A stretch of DNA of 26,313 nt, from positions 1 through 26,313 of IMG/VR virus record IMGVR_UViG_3300045253_000164; one strand, given 5' to 3'. Below the pieces are notes generated by a model that made no database searches, had not been told where the DNA came from, and saw nothing but the letters and a program-made list of their open reading frames with translations. Positions 23,254-26,313 of this stretch are shown here, in pieces. Origin of the DNA: a virus (lineage: Duplodnaviria > Heunggongvirae > Uroviricota > Caudoviricetes). The stretch's first letter is position 1, and each line of letters opens with the position of its first letter. The position numbers and the translations under genes are program-made.

Positions 23254-23717
23254 CAGCCCACCTGAGCCACGGTTGTCATCGCTGCACGAACCAAATCGCT
23301 GCTGCTGGCGGCCTTGCCCCCACCGATCCCGAACAGGGGCCTGATACCCAATGATTCACACACAGCCAATTCTGGCGTGTTCCGTCCGGTACGGTCACCG
23401 CCGTTCGCAAAGTAGGTGGGGCGATAGCGATGCAGTGCGGCACACACGGTGCCATCCGCATCGTCAACCTCGATCACAAGATAGACGGGTGTGAGCAGCG
23501 ACAGGATGCGCCAGCGAGTCGCCCACGGCAGCAAAGCATAGCCTTTCTTGCGCGTGAGCCATGCGTCGGAGTTGAGAGCGACAACCACACGGCCGTACTT
23601 GGCGGCATGTTCGATGAGATCGAGATGCCCGTCGTGTACAGGATCGAACCCCCCGGATACCATAACCGTCGGATAGCCCAGAGCGGTCACCGGCGCGTCG
23701 TTGCTGTTACCGCCCAC
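23253..23717 (-). CDS. cytidylyltransferase-like (HxGH) nucleotidyltransferase, TagD/RfaE-II type
   Basis: VSGGFDPVHDGH...VVVALNSD.WL.RKKG...R..IL...GGDR...KxxSSS. The start codon is uncertain (GTG 23717 chosen). Confidence 0.9.
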   Translation of the reverse strand: MGGNSNDAPVTALGYPTVMVSGGFDPVHDGHLDLIEHAAKYGRVVVALNSDAWLTRKKGYALLPWATRWRILSLLTPVYLVIEVDDADGTVCAALHRYRPTYFANGGDRTGRNTPELAVCESLGIRPLFGIGGGKAASSSDLVRAAMTTVAQVG

Positions 23718-23724
23718 AGCCCTG

Positions 23725-24177
23725 TTAGCCGACGGGTGTACCCAGCACGCCCGGCACCGCCGACGGCAACCCAAGGCCCCGTGCACAGCCCTGCACGATC
23801 GCCACGGCGACCGACTGCTCGAGCGCGAACGCTGCGTCGACGTCCCCCGGCGTCACTGGCAAGAGCGGTAGACTTGCATGCAGCCCTTCCCACAACAGTG
23901 CGAACAGCGGACCACCGGATTGCGCCAGCGGACCATTGGCATCGTTGAACACGTTCAAGACGACATCAGATTTGCCGAGCGCGATGTCAGCCTGCAGCGT
24001 CTTGATCTCGGCGACAAATGCCGCGTTGCCCTTGGCTTGCGGTAGGAGTTGCGTCACGATCTCGGAGGCTACCGAGGCCACCGTCGCTGGCACGCTGGGA
24101 TTCGCCTTCAGATAGGCGCATCCGGCGATCAGCAGCAGCACCGTGGCGCATAACAGACTGCTCGTACGTGTTCTCAT
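23725..24177 (-). CDS. predicted lipoprotein (150 aa)
   Basis: AAGGAGG RBS before ATG 24177. The signal peptide MRTRTSSLLCATVLLLIAG-C ends in the lipobox LIAGC. Confidence 0.75.
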   Translation of the reverse strand: MRTRTSSLLCATVLLLIAGCAYLKANPSVPATVASVASEIVTQLLPQAKGNAAFVAEIKTLQADIALGKSDVVLNVFNDANGPLAQSGGPLFALLWEGLHASLPLLPVTPGDVDAAFALEQSVAVAIVQGCARGLGLPSAVPGVLGTPVG

Positions 24178-24230
24178 TCCATCCTCCTTCACTGCCGGCG
24201 CTTGGCTGCGCCCGACATCCTTCATCATCG

Positions 24231-26294
24231 TTAAGCGCCGCCCTGCGGATGCTCGCCCTGCTGCTGACGGAAATCCGACCGCGCATCGACACCCTTCAAC
24301 TGTTCGTGCGGACCGGCCGGCGGCGCTTCGGATTGGGGGGGCGTGGAAGCGCCGCCGGCGGTCCCCGTCGCAGCGGCGACGGCGGGGGGCAGCGGGAATT
24401 GTGTCAGCGGATCAGCTTGCTCGCGGCGGATGCGGGATTGCTCTTCGTCGTAGTCGTACTCATCGAATCCCAACTCTTGCGCCATGCGCAGAGACACCGA
24501 GTAGTGCGATAGTGACCGATTGCTCTCAGCTTGCGTGAGATCACGGAACGTCCCGCCCCGGTCCTCTTCGTACAAGCTTGGCCAGATCCATTCGGGATCC
24601 GCATCTTCACCGCGGAGCAGCGCAGCAGGAATGCGCCCAGCATCCACAGCGACCCGCATCACCTCCTGGTAGATGCTGTCGAGCATCACCTGGAGGACCT
24701 GCTGACGCGTGGCGATCTTCTTGACGAAGGGCTCGCCTTGCACCAGGGCGGTCGCGCGCGCGGATCCGGTACCCGTCATGTTGAAGAAGGCAAGCGGCAT
24801 CTGTTGGCCAGCCGCGAACAGCGCCGTCAGGAACTGTCCCACCGAGCCTTGTCCGAGCCGCCCACCGCCTTGCGACACGTCCTCGTGTAAGGCGTCCAGC
24901 GTCAGCGCGTCATTCTCAATCCAGGTGCCCCCGAAGGCTGGCAGCTGCGAATTGGTCGGGTCATTCAGAAACGCCTGCACGTCGGAGTCGTCCCCGTGCA
25001 CCTTGATCTTCCACACCAGGTTGGCCTGCAGCATGTCCTTCAAGGTGCTGGCGTTGGTCCAATCCCGATGGCGCTTCAACGTGCTGAGCGATGCATAGAA
25101 ATCGGAGCGGCCCCACTTCTCCGTCGACGAGACGTTTTGCTTGATGTGTAGAATTTCCGTCGCAGGATACTGCTGAATGACGTATTGGCTGAGTGGGATG
25201 TTCAGATTCCGGCCGCTTTGGGTTTGCGTGTAGGGCAGCTGCCATTGCGTCGGAAATTGCGCCGAGTAGAAAAAGACCGTCTTGATGTCCGTTGGGTCGG
25301 TCACGATCTCATAGAACGAGCCCGGGTCCATGCTGCGGATTTCCAGGTAGCCCCGGAGGTTCTGGAACTTCCGGATCATCAACTCGCCCTGCCAGGTAAG
25401 ATCATCACACAACGTCCGGATGCCCAGCTCGAGCCCATTACGATCCCAGAACTCCCGCCAGATGGCCGACACGCGAGGGTTGCGAATCTTCCAGATGAAG
25501 CCGCGGCCGAGCGAGAAGTCCGTGGTGATCTCAATGGCGGCGCGCGCGAGCTCCGAGTGATTCTTCATCTCGAAGGCCTTGGCCGTCTGCTCCCAATGCG
25601 CGTACAGGTACAGCTGGCGATAGTAGGGGCCGCCGAGGATCGGCACGAAGTACTGGGCGTCGATGTTCGCCATGACGCCGGCGCCCTCATTGCCGTAGCT
25701 GCCGAAGGCGAAGCCGCCATCACCGTGCGTGACCCCAGCCTCCTTCAGCTTCTTCAGATACTCGGCGACGGCGCCCCGATGAGACTCGACGCACCGCCGA
25801 TAGTTTGCGGAATCGATGCCTCCAGGCTGCCACATGCCCGTCGCTTCCAGGAAGCGACTGCGACGATACGGTGCGGACTCCGTCAGCTCCTCAAGCGCCT
25901 TTCCGCTCTTGACCCATTGCTGCTTCAGCTGATGGACCCACCGACCACCCTCACGGCGCATCTCCACCATCTGCAACCGATGTGGCGACGGTGGATCCAG
26001 ATAGCTCGTGCCGACCCGAGTCGGGACGAAGGCATGGCGCGCGATGTCCTCGGTCGGATGGTAGAAGCTGCGGGCGACGGACTCGGGATCGTAGAGGTCG
26101 TCCAACTGTCCATCGATGGCACCGAGGACGCTCGCCACGGCCCTGCCTACCGGCCGCAGCCGGACACGGGGCAACGTATCGCCGTCCTTCGCTTCCTGCT
26201 GAGCGTAGACGGCTTCTTGAGCGGCTGCACGAATGCTGCCCAAGCCCTGATAAACTGTGTCAGCTGTGATCCGCCGACGTGGCCACCACTTCAC
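24231..26294 (-). CDS. phage portal protein with a long N-terminal extension
   Basis: GELMIRKF...DP....IVTDP.D...Y....ILH.K.N......GRSD... and the C-terminal ELG..D...E..RI pattern are typical of portals. It lies upstream of MuF. Confidence 0.75.
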   Translation of the reverse strand: MKWWPRRRITADTVYQGLGSIRAAAQEAVYAQQEAKDGDTLPRVRLRPVGRAVASVLGAIDGQLDDLYDPESVARSFYHPTEDIARHAFVPTRVGTSYLDPPSPHRLQMVEMRREGGRWVHQLKQQWVKSGKALEELTESAPYRRSRFLEATGMWQPGGIDSANYRRCVESHRGAVAEYLKKLKEAGVTHGDGGFAFGSYGNEGAGVMANIDAQYFVPILGGPYYRQLYLYAHWEQTAKAFEMKNHSELARAAIEITTDFSLGRGFIWKIRNPRVSAIWREFWDRNGLELGIRTLCDDLTWQGELMIRKFQNLRGYLEIRSMDPGSFYEIVTDPTDIKTVFFYSAQFPTQWQLPYTQTQSGRNLNIPLSQYVIQQYPATEILHIKQNVSSTEKWGRSDFYASLSTLKRHRDWTNASTLKDMLQANLVWKIKVHGDDSDVQAFLNDPTNSQLPAFGGTWIENDALTLDALHEDVSQGGGRLGQGSVGQFLTALFAAGQQMPLAFFNMTGTGSARATALVQGEPFVKKIATRQQVLQVMLDSIYQEVMRVAVDAGRIPAALLRGEDADPEWIWPSLYEEDRGGTFRDLTQAESNRSLSHYSVSLRMAQELGFDEYDYDEEQSRIRREQADPLTQFPLPPAVAAATGTAGGASTPPQSEAPPAGPHEQLKGVDARSDFRQQQGEHPQGGA

Positions 26295-26313
26295 TGCTCA
26301 CCCACCCCGTAAA
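26291..26313 (-). CDS. 3' end of an upstream gene (...YGVGEQ*), identity unknown; position would suit a terminase
   Basis: An open frame runs from the window edge to TGA 26293-26291, overlapping the portal GTG (GTGA). Confidence 0.35.

Noticed and set aside
25185-26312. 375-aa + strand ORF
   Set aside because: Antisense shadow of the portal gene.

Overview
GC-rich (roughly 65%) segment of a tailed bacteriophage or prophage genome with two convergent, tightly packed gene blocks that meet at 14291-14294. The + strand block (1-14294) is early/accessory. It holds a repeat-containing DUF7666-like gene, many small Cys-rich ORFs, a SymE/AbrB-like ORF, an HNH-like ORF and two HExxH metallopeptidases. 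It also has a recombination-type module (SSB/annealase-like, coiled-coil, minimal AEP-like, SMC/SbcC-like ATPase), a C5 DNA methyltransferase, ASCH, VRR-NUC and DUF5131 (Gp37/Gp68). The - strand block (26294 down to 14291) is late/head-associated. It runs portal, lipoprotein, cytidylyltransferase-family enzyme, MuF head protein fused to a pyrophosphatase-like domain, unknown ORFs, GT4 and GT2 glycosyltransferases, then a run of small membrane proteins including DUF3309 and a stand-alone ETR1-like sensor domain. No capsid, tail, endolysin, integrase, tRNA or CRISPR array is recognisable in the window. The most interesting signals are three: a nucleotidyltransferase + PPase + two-glycosyltransferase set inside the head operon, a repeated ES..SRF..E peptide motif that brackets the PPase domain and recurs in the portal N-terminal extension, and the ETR1-like domain. 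All family assignments come from motif recognition by eye. No database searches were run.
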